Shown here piece after piece: positions 39,627 to 50,082 of a stretch of DNA of 64,000 nucleotides. The DNA lies in NCBI GenBank assembly GCA_965198175.1, contig OZ240245.1, positions 992,001 to 1,056,000 on the forward strand, written 5' to 3'. The translations under genes were made by a program, and so were the position numbers. This DNA comes from Candidatus Poribacteria bacterium (GTDB lineage Bacteria; Poribacteria; WGA-4E; PCPOR2b). The stretch's first letter is position 1; the number at the start of each line of letters is the position of its first letter. The notes below the pieces were generated by a model that made no database searches, had not been told where the DNA came from, and was given only the letters and a program-made list of their open reading frames with translations.

Positions 39627-42176
39627 TTGCATTTTCAAATAGAACCCCTGCTAGCAGGCGCAACAGGCGAGGAGAGAGCAGCGCGTAGCGAAAAGTACCA
39701 GCAGAATTGGAAACGCGGTCTTGAGCTCTGCGAGGAGTTTCTCAAGACCTACCCGGAGAGCGAGCGGCACGATTCGGTGTCATACAAAAAGCTCATATAC
39801 CTCCGCAATCTTGGACGCAATGCGGAATTTGAAGCCGGTGTTGAAGCGATTCGCTCTGAACACCCATCATCGAAATACACCAACGAAGTCCGTCGACTCC
39901 ATGCGTATTACCTTGAGAGTCAATTCAGGCTTCACGAAGCTCTTTCGGAGTGGGACAGCATAGATGAACCTGCGTTGCTACACAAAGTGTACGAACACAA
40001 AGGACAAATTTATGGTCAGATGGGCAACTGGGCGAAACGCGTGGAATTTGCCCTGCTTCGCGCTGAACTTATCCTAGGGAAACCCGCACCTGAGTTTTCG
40101 CACACAAGCGTTGATGGATTCCCCGTCTCGTTGGCAGACTTACGCGGTAAAGTAGTCATGCTTTGCCACTGGTCGACGCGGGATGGTCGAACCGTGTTAC
40201 ATGACAAAACGGGGGGAGAAATATCGAAACTCAAGCGGCTATACGAGAAACACGTCAAAAACCCCAACTTCGTCCTGATTAACGTCTTTACACAGAGCAG
40301 CGAAGCCAAGCTGAAAGAGTTCGTTGAGGCTTACACGATGCCGGGCATCCATTTAATCCTCGAACATGGCGCGGTGCCGTATCAATTTGGCATCGACGGT
40401 TGGCCTTACTATGTGGTTCTCGATAAAGCGGGGATACTTCGCGAGAGCGTGCATGGGTACGCGCTTGGACATTTGGAAGTTCAAAGGTTAGTTACAGCAC
40501 TGTTAGCAGAGGACGTAAACGTACCTGGCGAACGTATAATTCCCCGAGTCTGCCAACTCCGCGCCAAACTTCACATTTTCCAGAACCAAGATGAAAAAGC
40601 AATCGCCGAATATGAAAAACTCACCGCATTCACCCCAAGTCCACTTGACCTCATGATGGGGATTCTCTCTCTCAAACGAGAGCAAAATGGAAAGGCGGAA
40701 GGGTTAATGAATCAAGCATACGACCGGATAGTTAAGGCGAGTTGGTCGACGCTAGATCTCACCTTCGGTATCAGTCATTACGCTGTTGAGTTGGCAAAAC
40801 TCTTCTCACAGCAAGGTGACCGAGACAAGACGTGGAGGCTGTTTCAGATTGCGGTCGATGCGAACGATTTCAACCTTAAAACCGAAATCAATTACGCTAG
40901 TCTGCCTCCACGACCTTTTGAGGCAATTACACAGGATATGAGCGAACTTCAGAATCTTCTCGTCGAAACGCCAAAGGCCGAGGCGGGCAGTCGATTGAAC
41001 GAAGCGAGCCGGAAACGTGCGGTGTATGCAAAAGACCTAAAGGCGGCACACAGATCGTTCACGGCGGTAGAAGCGGACGGTGAGATTTTCACGGGGGGCA
41101 TCTTGAGCCGAGTCGGTCATGTTCTTGTGCCGGCGAGCGTGACGGAAGCTGAAGTCATTCGCGCCAAAATTGTCGATTATCAACCTGCCAAAGTAGTCGC
41201 CGTTGACGCGGAGAGTGGATTGGGGGTGGTGCAGGTGCACGGACAGAGATACCTTCGACCCGTTGTCCTAGGAAACGTGGACGACTTGCGGGAATATGTG
41301 CCAATCCCGCAATCAAACGAGATGTTCAATAACGCTTACTTTCACATAACGGCGATTTCCGTACGCGGCTATCCCAATTTACCCACGGAAACTCATCAGC
41401 GGTGGGTTGGACGACCGTCCAAGCGGTACGGCGCCATCATGCAACTCGAAATTGACGGTGACAGGAAGGTAACAACGCTGAAAGTAGCAAACCTAGGACG
41501 TTCCATCGGAATTATCAGAGGCGACGCGCTAGTTTACTACTACGGACGATTGCTCGGGGTCTCGCTTGACAATGAGGCGCGCTATGGTGTATGGGGTTTT
41601 AGTGCCGATCTGCTGCCGATTGACCAAATCCGCACCGCTCTTGAACGAATGGATATCATAAACTTGACGGACGAAGGGTTTGAACTGGTGCTTGAGGCGG
41701 AGGATTTCACGCGGATGGATGGGGTGAAACCGAAAGTGCAACCGTTCCTTATCACGAACGATCCCACAACCTCCGGAAGCGCGTTCATTGTTTCAAATGC
41801 GGCGTTGGATCACCAATACGAACTACCGGACTCGTGGTTGAGGTATGAGATTGAGATTCCAGTGGATGGCGACTACGCAATCTGGCTATATGGGCGAGCG
41901 TACACCGGCAAGAGCGACTCCTTCTTCGTTGGTACCGACCTTGAAACACCCCGCGCTTGCGATGTGAACCGCTTCGGATTGTGGGGCGCGGTGCCGGCAG
42001 TTCAACGATTCTCGGTGCAGACAGTGCCGGCTTTCCACTTCACACGAGGTAAACACGAAATCCGTCTCTTTGTACGGGAGACAGGCACGGAATTGGATGC
42101 TATTCTAATTACGAACGACATGGGTTTAGGAGCAGCGGAGATTAACCGAAGATTTATGTTACAGAACTATCGGTAA
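39627..42176 (+). CDS. Multidomain protein: TPR-like + TlpA/redoxin-like + degenerate trypsin-like + carbohydrate-binding-like domain
   Basis: GKPAPEFS...LADLRGKVV without CxxC, AKVVAVDAESGLGVVQV, LEAEDF and SDSFFV. Frame is open from 39543. Confidence 0.65.
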   Translation: MHFQIEPLLAGATGEERAARSEKYQQNWKRGLELCEEFLKTYPESERHDSVSYKKLIYLRNLGRNAEFEAGVEAIRSEHPSSKYTNEVRRLHAYYLESQFRLHEALSEWDSIDEPALLHKVYEHKGQIYGQMGNWAKRVEFALLRAELILGKPAPEFSHTSVDGFPVSLADLRGKVVMLCHWSTRDGRTVLHDKTGGEISKLKRLYEKHVKNPNFVLINVFTQSSEAKLKEFVEAYTMPGIHLILEHGAVPYQFGIDGWPYYVVLDKAGILRESVHGYALGHLEVQRLVTALLAEDVNVPGERIIPRVCQLRAKLHIFQNQDEKAIAEYEKLTAFTPSPLDLMMGILSLKREQNGKAEGLMNQAYDRIVKASWSTLDLTFGISHYAVELAKLFSQQGDRDKTWRLFQIAVDANDFNLKTEINYASLPPRPFEAITQDMSELQNLLVETPKAEAGSRLNEASRKRAVYAKDLKAAHRSFTAVEADGEIFTGGILSRVGHVLVPASVTEAEVIRAKIVDYQPAKVVAVDAESGLGVVQVHGQRYLRPVVLGNVDDLREYVPIPQSNEMFNNAYFHITAISVRGYPNLPTETHQRWVGRPSKRYGAIMQLEIDGDRKVTTLKVANLGRSIGIIRGDALVYYYGRLLGVSLDNEARYGVWGFSADLLPIDQIRTALERMDIINLTDEGFELVLEAEDFTRMDGVKPKVQPFLITNDPTTSGSAFIVSNAALDHQYELPDSWLRYEIEIPVDGDYAIWLYGRAYTGKSDSFFVGTDLETPRACDVNRFGLWGAVPAVQRFSVQTVPAFHFTRGKHEIRLFVRETGTELDAILITNDMGLGAAEINRRFMLQNYR

Positions 42177-42351
42177 ATAACGTCTTCTCTCAACCCAGCA
42201 ATCGAGTCATACGGAAAATGCTTTTTTCCGATTCAAATCTGAAAATTTACTCTCCGCGTGAGGTGTGCTATCCGCCCGCATGTGGGGTTAACGCACTAGA
42301 CTAATCGAGTGTGGCGACACCAGAACTTACCCAATTGTTTCTGTCGACGCT

Positions 42352-43758
42352 TTAAGGTTTGGCAGCGATGTTTTCGTCCACCGCACCGCTGTTGAGGATC
42401 GGGCAAAGTTCGCAGAGTTGGCTGCTGCAGAAGTTATTGTAGAGATAAATCGCCCCCTGTTGCTTTTTGGCAGAAGGCGAGATTTGCTGAATCGGCTGTT
42501 GTTCGGTGAAGATTTGGGCGGTGAGTTTTTTGGTGATAGAGTTCTCCTCTAGCTTTGGATGGTGGTCGTAGAGTTTTTGAACCGCGTCAGACAATTTGGA
42601 ACTCTGCGACTCTTCCGCCCATACAAACGCGAGCGGTAACAATATATTGATGATGATGACAGAAGCGCGATCTCTTCCTATAAGTGCTGTTCCCTGTCGT
42701 GCAATACCTTTTCCAAAATGGGAGTGGCTGAACCAGTAACCGGAGGCAGGGAGCATCAATAACCTGATCAGTTCACGGCGTATCCGCTGTAGACCTTTTT
42801 GGTCAGCTGTTGCTGCCGCTTCAATTTGGGAAACGAAATCCGCCATCAAGCTATCCGTGCAGGAACTAATCAACATACTCATCGCGGCGATGCGACGTGC
42901 TGGGTAGTTCACCGGTCGGGTTTTTGCAAACCGCCATACATCCGCCGAAATCCGATTCGAATTGTTGTATTGCACGGAAGAAACCCAGAGCGTTTCTAAC
43001 TGAGAAACAAACGGTGCATTAGCTTCGCAGGGCTGGGGCGCCTTGGATTGCGAAGGGAGCAAGCCTGCAACACCAAGCAGTATCGCTTGAATCTCCTCAT
43101 TCGACTTGCCTACTAGTTGCGAGATAGGAACACGTTGCGCCAATTCTCGAAAGGATTCGCGATTTAGTGAATACCCCAACGCGTCCATGATTCCCTCATA
43201 GAGCAGTTGCTCAAAATCGACTGATACGCGCAGAGTTCGCATCGCATCTGCCTTTGCGATGAGCCGCTCCTGTCCGAGTTGATCGAAAACCGATGTCAGC
43301 GGTTCAATTTTAAGCCTTCGACCCGTCACCCGACATTCAATCGGCTTCGATTCTCCTTTCATGTGTTGGTCAATGAGTTCCACTAACGGTGTATCGAGCC
43401 GATGTGACAGTTCAAGCGTCGGAATCCGATTACCGTTTTGAGTTCGGGATCGCAGGTTAATATCGTCATCCCAAAAAACAACATGCAGGACAGCGCGATT
43501 ATATCTCGAGTCGAGATGGTGCTTGTGATCGTACCACTGGGATGAACGAACGTGGATTTCGACATCGCCGGTTAACAATTTCCCATTGACCAGAATTTCA
43601 GCTCCAGCGAAATCGGGTCCCTCGTCATGATTCCACTGGCCGGGTTTCAACACTTGCAAGGCACGTCCGTCCGTCGCCTTTAACTCAAAGTCAAAGAAGC
43701 GTTGTTCATTCCATAAACTCTGAACGAGTTCTTCGTTGATATTCTTAAAGTCCGGCAT
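42352..43758 (-). CDS. DUF2851 family protein
   Basis: PGQWNHDEGPDF, GDVEIH, WYDHKHHLD, VLHVV, RPVNYPARR. Confidence 0.8.
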   Translation of the reverse strand: MPDFKNINEELVQSLWNEQRFFDFELKATDGRALQVLKPGQWNHDEGPDFAGAEILVNGKLLTGDVEIHVRSSQWYDHKHHLDSRYNRAVLHVVFWDDDINLRSRTQNGNRIPTLELSHRLDTPLVELIDQHMKGESKPIECRVTGRRLKIEPLTSVFDQLGQERLIAKADAMRTLRVSVDFEQLLYEGIMDALGYSLNRESFRELAQRVPISQLVGKSNEEIQAILLGVAGLLPSQSKAPQPCEANAPFVSQLETLWVSSVQYNNSNRISADVWRFAKTRPVNYPARRIAAMSMLISSCTDSLMADFVSQIEAAATADQKGLQRIRRELIRLLMLPASGYWFSHSHFGKGIARQGTALIGRDRASVIIINILLPLAFVWAEESQSSKLSDAVQKLYDHHPKLEENSITKKLTAQIFTEQQPIQQISPSAKKQQGAIYLYNNFCSSQLCELCPILNSGAVDENIAAKP

Positions 43759-43983
43759 CTGTATTGTCCGTTTCTGATTGAAGATTGTGGGATTCGTAAG
43801 ATTGAATATTGAAATCCCGCACCAATGAAACAACCTTTAGTATTGAAGTCGATCTTCCAAAGGGACCGGGGCTTGTCAAAAACTTAGTCCCTCTTCGCGT
43901 ATTGCACCTTCTTTTTACGCGAACCACCATGATACTATATCAAAAAAGAGGGGTTGAATCCATAAAAATTCGAGGTCATCATG

Positions 43984-44547
43984 TTAAAGGCACAAGAAAT
44001 TTCGCAGTAGCGGTTTTCCGGCATTTGTAAGAATTGACTCCGGATGAAATTGTACACCCCAGATTGGATGCTCCTTGTGCCGGATTCCCATAATTTCGTC
44101 CTGATCTGTCCACGCCGTGAGTTCAAAGCAATCTGGCAGTGTCTCCTTTTTCACGATGAGTGAATGGTAGCGCGTCGCCTCAAATGGGTTTTCCAGCGCG
44201 TCGAAAATCTCCTTGCCGTTGTGGTGAATCATTGATGTTTTACCGTGCATCAATCGATCGGCGCGGACAACATCGCCACCGAAGGCGTCGCCGATACACT
44301 GATGCCCCAAGCAGACGCCGAGGATCGGTACACGTACGGCAAAGTAACGAATCAACTCACAGGAGATGCCTGCCTCCCGTGGCGTGCAGGGGCCCGGGGA
44401 GATTACAATCTTTTCAGGCGCGATGTCTTCAATCTGGTCAATTGTGATTCTGTCGTTGCGATGGACAGCAAGATTTGCCCCTAACTCGCCGAGATATTGG
44501 ACGAGGTTGTAGGTAAATGAGTCGTAGTTGTCAATCATGAGTACCAT
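43984..44547 (-). CDS. trpG: Anthranilate synthase component II (glutamine amidotransferase)
   Basis: [33 protein letters not shown]; directly downstream of trpE. Confidence 0.9.
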   Translation of the reverse strand: MVLMIDNYDSFTYNLVQYLGELGANLAVHRNDRITIDQIEDIAPEKIVISPGPCTPREAGISCELIRYFAVRVPILGVCLGHQCIGDAFGGDVVRADRLMHGKTSMIHHNGKEIFDALENPFEATRYHSLIVKKETLPDCFELTAWTDQDEIMGIRHKEHPIWGVQFHPESILTNAGKPLLRNFLCL

Positions 44548-44608
44548 TGTTTTTCCCCGGACCATGTCTGTAGACTCTCATCATCTTGTTTCCGTTCTAA
44601 CAAATCGC

Positions 44609-46093
44609 TTACTCCAATCCCGCCTCCGCTATTTCAATTGCTCTCAACACCGCCTGCGCTTTGTTCAGTGTTTCCTCGTATTCGTTTTCGGGTACAGAGT
44701 CTGCTACGATGCCACCGCCGGCTTGGACGTAGGCAACACCGTCCTTGACGACGAGCGTGCGAATCGTAATCGCTGTATCCGTGCTACCGGAGAAACTGAA
44801 GTAACCGACAGCACCTCCGTAAGGCCCCCGCCGCGTCGGCTCAAGTTCTTCAATAATCTCCATCGCCCGAATCTTCGGCGCTCCGGATAGCGTTCCGGCG
44901 GGGAGACAGGCGCGAATGACATCGAAAGCGGTCTGTCCTTCGCGCAACTGCCCTTCGACGTGCGAGACGATGTGCATCACATGCGAATAGCGTTCGATGA
45001 CCATCATCTCGCTCACGTGAACCGTATGGTATTCGCAGACGCGGCCGAGGTCGTTTCGACCCAGGTCAACGAGCATCACATGTTCCGCCCGTTCTTTCGG
45101 ATCAGCGAGCAACTCCTCAGCGAGTGTGACATCTTCAGCAGGGGTTTGCCCACGAGGTCTTGTTCCGGCGATTGGGCGCGTCTCTACAAGACCATTCTCA
45201 ACGCGCACCATCATCTCCGGAGATGCTCCAACGAGCTGGAGGTCGCCGAATTTAAGATGGTACATGTAGGGTGAGGGGTTAACCGTGCGAAGCGCACGGT
45301 AGACCTCAAAGGCATCAACAGAGATTGGGAGGCTGAACCGCTGTGACGGAACGACTTGAATGATGTCCCCCGCCGCGACGTACTCCTTTGCGCGAAGGAC
45401 TGCCGATTCGTAGCCTGCTTTCGTGAAATTCGATGTAATCTGTGTTTCGGTGTTATTCTTCGCTGCTTCCTTGTTGGGATTCATGGGAAGCGGACGCTTG
45501 AGTTTCGCAATCGACAGATCGATTCGATTGACCGCATCCGTATACGCTGCATCAACATCGTCATCAATGTGCGCGTTGGCGATGACTTTAATCCGGTGGT
45601 TCACATGGTCGAAGACCAAGAGCGTATCGGCGGTCATGAATAAGCAATCGGGTAAATCCCTGTCGTCATCCGTGTTGTCTGGAAGTTCTTCGACAAACCG
45701 CACGACATCATAACTGAGGTAGCCCACCACCCCGCCGTGGAAATGCGGTAATCCTTCGACTTGAACCGGCTGATAGCGATTCATCAGTGCTTCGAGTTGT
45801 GTGAGTGCGTCCGTTGATTCACACTCGACGGTTTTGTCGGTATGCACCTCTGTGATTTTCACCTGATCCCCCTTGCTCTGAAACAGGATGGAGGGATTTG
45901 TGCCGAGAAAAGAGTATCGGGCGAGATTTTCGCCCCCTTCTACGCTTTCCAGAAGGAAAGCGTACTCATCGCCACCAATTTTGTAAAATGCGGATACAGG
46001 GGTCTCCATATCCGCCAAGATGGATTTGTAAACGGGAATCAAATTACCGTGTTGCGCTTTTTCCCGAAAATCTTCCAAAGTCGGGTAATACAT
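44609..46093 (-). CDS. trpE: Anthranilate synthase component I
   Basis: FLLESVEGG, NPSPYM, PIAGTRPR, KERAEHVMLVDLGRND, GTLSGAPK. Confidence 0.95.
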   Translation of the reverse strand: MYYPTLEDFREKAQHGNLIPVYKSILADMETPVSAFYKIGGDEYAFLLESVEGGENLARYSFLGTNPSILFQSKGDQVKITEVHTDKTVECESTDALTQLEALMNRYQPVQVEGLPHFHGGVVGYLSYDVVRFVEELPDNTDDDRDLPDCLFMTADTLLVFDHVNHRIKVIANAHIDDDVDAAYTDAVNRIDLSIAKLKRPLPMNPNKEAAKNNTETQITSNFTKAGYESAVLRAKEYVAAGDIIQVVPSQRFSLPISVDAFEVYRALRTVNPSPYMYHLKFGDLQLVGASPEMMVRVENGLVETRPIAGTRPRGQTPAEDVTLAEELLADPKERAEHVMLVDLGRNDLGRVCEYHTVHVSEMMVIERYSHVMHIVSHVEGQLREGQTAFDVIRACLPAGTLSGAPKIRAMEIIEELEPTRRGPYGGAVGYFSFSGSTDTAITIRTLVVKDGVAYVQAGGGIVADSVPENEYEETLNKAQAVLRAIEIAEAGLE

Positions 46094-46171
46094 TGTGAAG
46101 TCTCCTTGCAAGCTGTTGGCGCCCAGTCAAATGCAGGCGATGATTGCGGTCATAAAACTGCTCCCACACGG

Positions 46172-46555
46172 TCACGAATAAACGGTGTCCGGGTCAAAAA
46201 CCTTTGTACCAACAATACGTGTAGAATTTCCGTTGGGGGAGACTTCCCGGAAAAAACAGGAGCGGTACCCTTCGTGGCACGCCCCGCCTTTCTGATCAAC
46301 CTTAATGAGAAGGGTATCGGCGTCGCAATCAAAAGCGAGCGATCGCACATCTTGGGTGTGTCCTGAAGTCTCCCCCTTTACCCAGTATTTTTGGCGGGAG
46401 CGACTCCAGAACGTGACGCGACCGGATTCGAGCGTTCGCCGCACCGCTTCACGGTTCATGTAACCCATCATTAATACGTCGTTGTTCTCGAAATCTTGAA
46501 TAATCGCGGGTATTAGTCCGTTTGAATCGAATTTGAGTTCATCGAGGATTTGCAT
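46172..46555 (-). CDS. hisI: Phosphoribosyl-AMP cyclohydrolase
   Basis: [41 protein letters not shown]. Confidence 0.95.
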   Translation of the reverse strand: MQILDELKFDSNGLIPAIIQDFENNDVLMMGYMNREAVRRTLESGRVTFWSRSRQKYWVKGETSGHTQDVRSLAFDCDADTLLIKVDQKGGACHEGYRSCFFREVSPNGNSTRIVGTKVFDPDTVYS

Positions 46556-46582
46556 CGTCATTTGCCTCCTAACAGTTGACAC

Positions 46583-46622
46583 AAAAAAAGCCGTAGACAA
46601 CGGGAGCGTATGCCTACGGCTT
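46583..46622 (-). terminator. Attenuator terminator
   Basis: AAGCCGUAGGCA/UGUCUACGGCUU stem ending in a U7 tract, just upstream of the hisI RBS. Confidence 0.9.
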
Positions 46623-46646
46623 AAATTTATCAAATGAATGCGAAAT

Positions 46647-46757
46647 CTATTTCAGCAAATTCAGCAAGGGCATACTCCTCCCATTCCAGCTTGTATGCCA
46701 CCAATGCCAGCCGTGTGTTGCCATATCGGAATGAAGGGGAGAATTCGTTGATTTCAT
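46647..46757 (-). CDS. His/Trp-rich attenuator leader peptide (36 aa)
   Basis: [36 protein letters not shown]; overlaps the alternative pairing segments; alternative ATG at 46724. Confidence 0.85.
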   Translation of the reverse strand: MKSTNSPLHSDMATHGWHWWHTSWNGRSMPLLNLLK

Positions 46758-46786
46758 CAGCCTTGCCTTTCGTTTCTATTTTCTAA

Positions 46787-46816
46787 AGAGTATCATAACC
46801 AGGATTTACGTGTCAA
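46787..46816 (-). promoter_or_regulatory. Promoter of the leader-hisI-trpE-trpG operon
   Basis: TTGACA-N18-TACTCT with an extended -10 TG. Confidence 0.6.
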
Positions 46817-46935
46817 GGAAAAACTGGAAGCTCGCAAACTTTAATCTAACTTTCTTAGAGCCGGTTTGAAAAAGAACAATTACGCCAACGGTTTGAGTGT
46901 AAATATAAACGCAAATGAGACAACAAATAAGAGAA

Positions 46936-47778
46936 TCAATTCTTATCAACACCCTGAAGTTTCCCACGGAGGAAATCCACACATTCCTCTACCTCTACTT
47001 CCTTGAGGCCGTGAAGAATGAAGGGGCCGTCGAATCCAACTTTGTGTAGCAGAGACAGATAATAATCGTAATCCAACATACCTCGGCCGGCTGCTTCACC
47101 CCCTGCTTCACCGTCGCGGCTCAAGTCTTTGGCATGTGCAATAACGATATCCTCGCCGAGGAGGTGGAACGCCTCATCAAGAATTTCGCGCATGCGCGCA
47201 AGCTCGCCTGTATGAAAGATATTGGCGGCATCCATCACCACCTTCAAGTGTGGCGATTTCATCTCATCAAGCAGACGGCGACCTTGTGTAGCTGAATTCA
47301 CCACATTGGACACCTCAGGCTCAAAGCCGAGTATAACACCGTGTTCTTCCGCGATTTGCAATGCTTCCCTCATTGATTCGAGTAGGTCTTTCCATGCCTG
47401 TGGCGAATCGTTTTCAGGGTGATGACGCCACATGTTTTCCGCGTCCCGTGTGCCTGTACACAGCGTAATCACCGATGTGCCAAGCCGTTTGCAGACGGAT
47501 GCTAGTTCACGCAGCCGTCGTAGTCCGGTGTGGCGGCTCTGAATATCGGGATGAATCATGTTAAACGTACCGGACACTGCTGCCAGTGTGATGTTCCGCG
47601 ATGACAATCCACGGCGGATGGCGTCGCAGTGTTCGATTTTTATGCAGTCAGGCATAGACGACAATCCTGCGCACACCATGTTGAATTGAACACAACTTAA
47701 TCCGTGTGCTTTGACAGCATCCAGGGTTTCCTCAAGTGTTGGGCGAACAAACGTCTTCGCGAAAATCCCAATCTGCAT
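46936..47778 (-). CDS. Sugar phosphate isomerase/epimerase (xylose isomerase-like TIM barrel)
   Basis: GFEPE, VMDAAN and AHAKD metal-binding motifs. Confidence 0.85.
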   Translation of the reverse strand: MQIGIFAKTFVRPTLEETLDAVKAHGLSCVQFNMVCAGLSSMPDCIKIEHCDAIRRGLSSRNITLAAVSGTFNMIHPDIQSRHTGLRRLRELASVCKRLGTSVITLCTGTRDAENMWRHHPENDSPQAWKDLLESMREALQIAEEHGVILGFEPEVSNVVNSATQGRRLLDEMKSPHLKVVMDAANIFHTGELARMREILDEAFHLLGEDIVIAHAKDLSRDGEAGGEAAGRGMLDYDYYLSLLHKVGFDGPFILHGLKEVEVEECVDFLRGKLQGVDKN

Positions 47779-48299
47779 TGCTGCTCCTTGGTAGAGACGG
47801 ACTGAACTACGATCTCGGGTGAGCTGACCGGTGTGCGGTGATTGTTATGTTTTCCATCCTATTCCAGTTTTTCGAAATCTGACCGGATTCTGACGGGCGA
47901 AATCCTATTTCATCGTGTATGGCATCACCGATTCTGCCTGACTGGATTAGCATCGACGCGCATCCGCTTGCCTTCGATACGGTGCTACAAGTCATGTTGC
48001 ACGAATTACAATATACTGCTCTCCAGGAGATTGTTATGGGCAATTAGGGTGATGGACGCATCAGAAATGTGCAAATTGGCAAAAAGGTTAGTGCTTATAG
48101 AACACGGCGTAGATGCCGTTGCGACAATTCGTGGTTCCTTCGTCAAAGCTTGTTTGGTTGTGATACACGAAAAGCGGACAAATTTCATGACTCACACGCC
48201 TCATATGGATTCAATCTCTCCAATGACTCTAAGGCAGTTGGAGCATATCATAAGGGATATAATCAGTCAACGATAATTTCTGAAATTGTAGATTTTCTA

Positions 48300-48328
48300 T
48301 TGACGTAACTAGACCAGAGTGATATGAT
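48300..48328 (+). promoter_or_regulatory. Promoter of mobA
   Basis: TTGACG-N17-TATGAT with an extended TG, 12 nt before the ATG. Confidence 0.6.
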
Positions 48329-48340
48329 TGATAATATATC

Positions 48341-48958
48341 ATGCAAGCCGTCAATAACTCAACTACAGGTGTTATACTCGCCGGCGGAAGCAGCCATCGA
48401 ATGGGGCAAAACAAGGCACTGATGCGTCTCGGATGTGCTACGCTCATTGAGCGCACGCTTTGCCAAATGCGATCTGTCACAACTAATCTCCTGCTGATTA
48501 CGAACACCCCATGGCTGTATCGGCATTTGGGCTTGCGGATGTATACGGATCTTGTTCCAAACATGGGTGCATTGGGCGGCATTTATACTGGTCTCACCCA
48601 TGCAGATAATCCCGCCGTGATCTGTGTTGCTTGTGATATGCCGCTGCTGCAGCCGAGACTTTTGTCTTATTTGACGACAATCCTTGGCGAGGACGATGCT
48701 GCTGTTCCATATGTCGAGAATCTAGATTCCTCTTTGCCTAAATTTCAAACATTGTCTGCTGTCTATTCCAAGAAGTGCTTGTCTGTCATCAATCAGATGT
48801 TCGTAGAGGGCGAACTGCGTGTCCATGCCTTATACAATCGTATCTCTGTCCGTGTCGTCCCGCCCTCTGAATGGAGGCGATTTGATCCGCATGGGCGTTC
48901 GTTTTTTAACATCAATACTCCGACAGATTTTGAAAACGCAAGTCGGATAATTCTTTGA
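48341..48958 (+). CDS. mobA: Molybdenum cofactor guanylyltransferase
   Basis: ILAGGSSHRMGQNKA, GALGGI, VACDMP, FFNINTP. Confidence 0.88.
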   Translation: MQAVNNSTTGVILAGGSSHRMGQNKALMRLGCATLIERTLCQMRSVTTNLLLITNTPWLYRHLGLRMYTDLVPNMGALGGIYTGLTHADNPAVICVACDMPLLQPRLLSYLTTILGEDDAAVPYVENLDSSLPKFQTLSAVYSKKCLSVINQMFVEGELRVHALYNRISVRVVPPSEWRRFDPHGRSFFNINTPTDFENASRIIL

Positions 48959-49207
48959 ACAGGTTATTTTGAGGGTGTAAACAACAAGAGGTTTTTAAGA
49001 TTGTTTGCTTCGCATTCCCGGCAATATGAATGGTTGCTGAACTAGTCGCCTTGTGGCTAAGGAGAGATGGGCATCCTCACAAATACGCAGCTAATGTCTA
49101 ATCGCGTGATTGAGACAATACAGAATACTGGCGACACTAGCATTCTAGCGCTTCAGGACTGCGCGCCTATCAAAAGCACCTCGATATTTTCAGGGAGGAG
49201 TTGAATT

Positions 49208-50056
49208 TTGAGAAATTTTCCAATTGTTGATACCCATGTTCATCTATGGGATCCGGGTGTGTTGAGATACCCGTGGCTTGAAGATGCACCGCCATCAATG
49301 GCTAGGCCTCATGCGTTAGCGGAATATCGCGCGGCCCATGGTGAAATTAATATTGAAGCGCTGGTCTTTGTGCAATGCGGCGGGTATGATGGTGTGGCGG
49401 AAGCAGAATGGGTGGCTTCACTGGCAACAGACGATTCCAGGCTTAAAGGAATTGTAGCGGAAGCACCCGTTTATAATGGGGAGGAGGTCAGACCAGTACT
49501 CGAAAAACTGGCTGATATTCAATTAGTCAAAGGCGTCCGTCACGTTCTTGAAGGCGAAAGCATTGAATTTTGTGTACAGCGGAATTTCATAAAAGGGGTG
49601 CAGATTCTGGAAGAATTTGGTTTAAGCTTTGACATCTGTATCCGTCACCCACAGTTAGCCAATACCATTCAGATGGTGAAGCAGTGTCCGAATATTCAGT
49701 TCATATTGGATCACATTGCCAAGCCTGATATTAGGGAACAAATCTTCGACCCGTGGAGGCGCGAATTAAAGACGCTGTCCAAATTTCCGAATGTCGTCTG
49801 CAAAATTTCTGGTCTAGCAACGGAAGCAGATCACGAGAATTGGACTCGAGACGATATGAAGCCGTACATTGAGCATGTGATAGAATGCTTCAGTTTTGAG
49901 CGCGTGATGTATGGCAGTGATTGGCCTGTTTCGACGGCCGCAACGGATTATCCGCGGTGGGTCGATACCCTAAAGTGGGCGGTGCGAGACTATTCTGACA
50001 ATGAAATTAACCAACTATTCCACGACAACGCCATTCAATTTTATAGGTTATCGTGA
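49208..50056 (+). CDS. Amidohydrolase_2 family protein (L-fuconolactonase-like)
   Basis: DTHVHLW, KGVRH, LDHIAKP, CKISGL, YGSDWP. Confidence 0.85.
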   Translation: MRNFPIVDTHVHLWDPGVLRYPWLEDAPPSMARPHALAEYRAAHGEINIEALVFVQCGGYDGVAEAEWVASLATDDSRLKGIVAEAPVYNGEEVRPVLEKLADIQLVKGVRHVLEGESIEFCVQRNFIKGVQILEEFGLSFDICIRHPQLANTIQMVKQCPNIQFILDHIAKPDIREQIFDPWRRELKTLSKFPNVVCKISGLATEADHENWTRDDMKPYIEHVIECFSFERVMYGSDWPVSTAATDYPRWVDTLKWAVRDYSDNEINQLFHDNAIQFYRLS

Positions 50057-50082
50057 AACCATTGTAAGGGGCACAATAGGAC

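Noticed and set aside
47800..48300. Overlapping short ORFs between the isomerase gene and mobA
   Set aside because: No recognisable motif or consistent frame; possibly decayed DNA.
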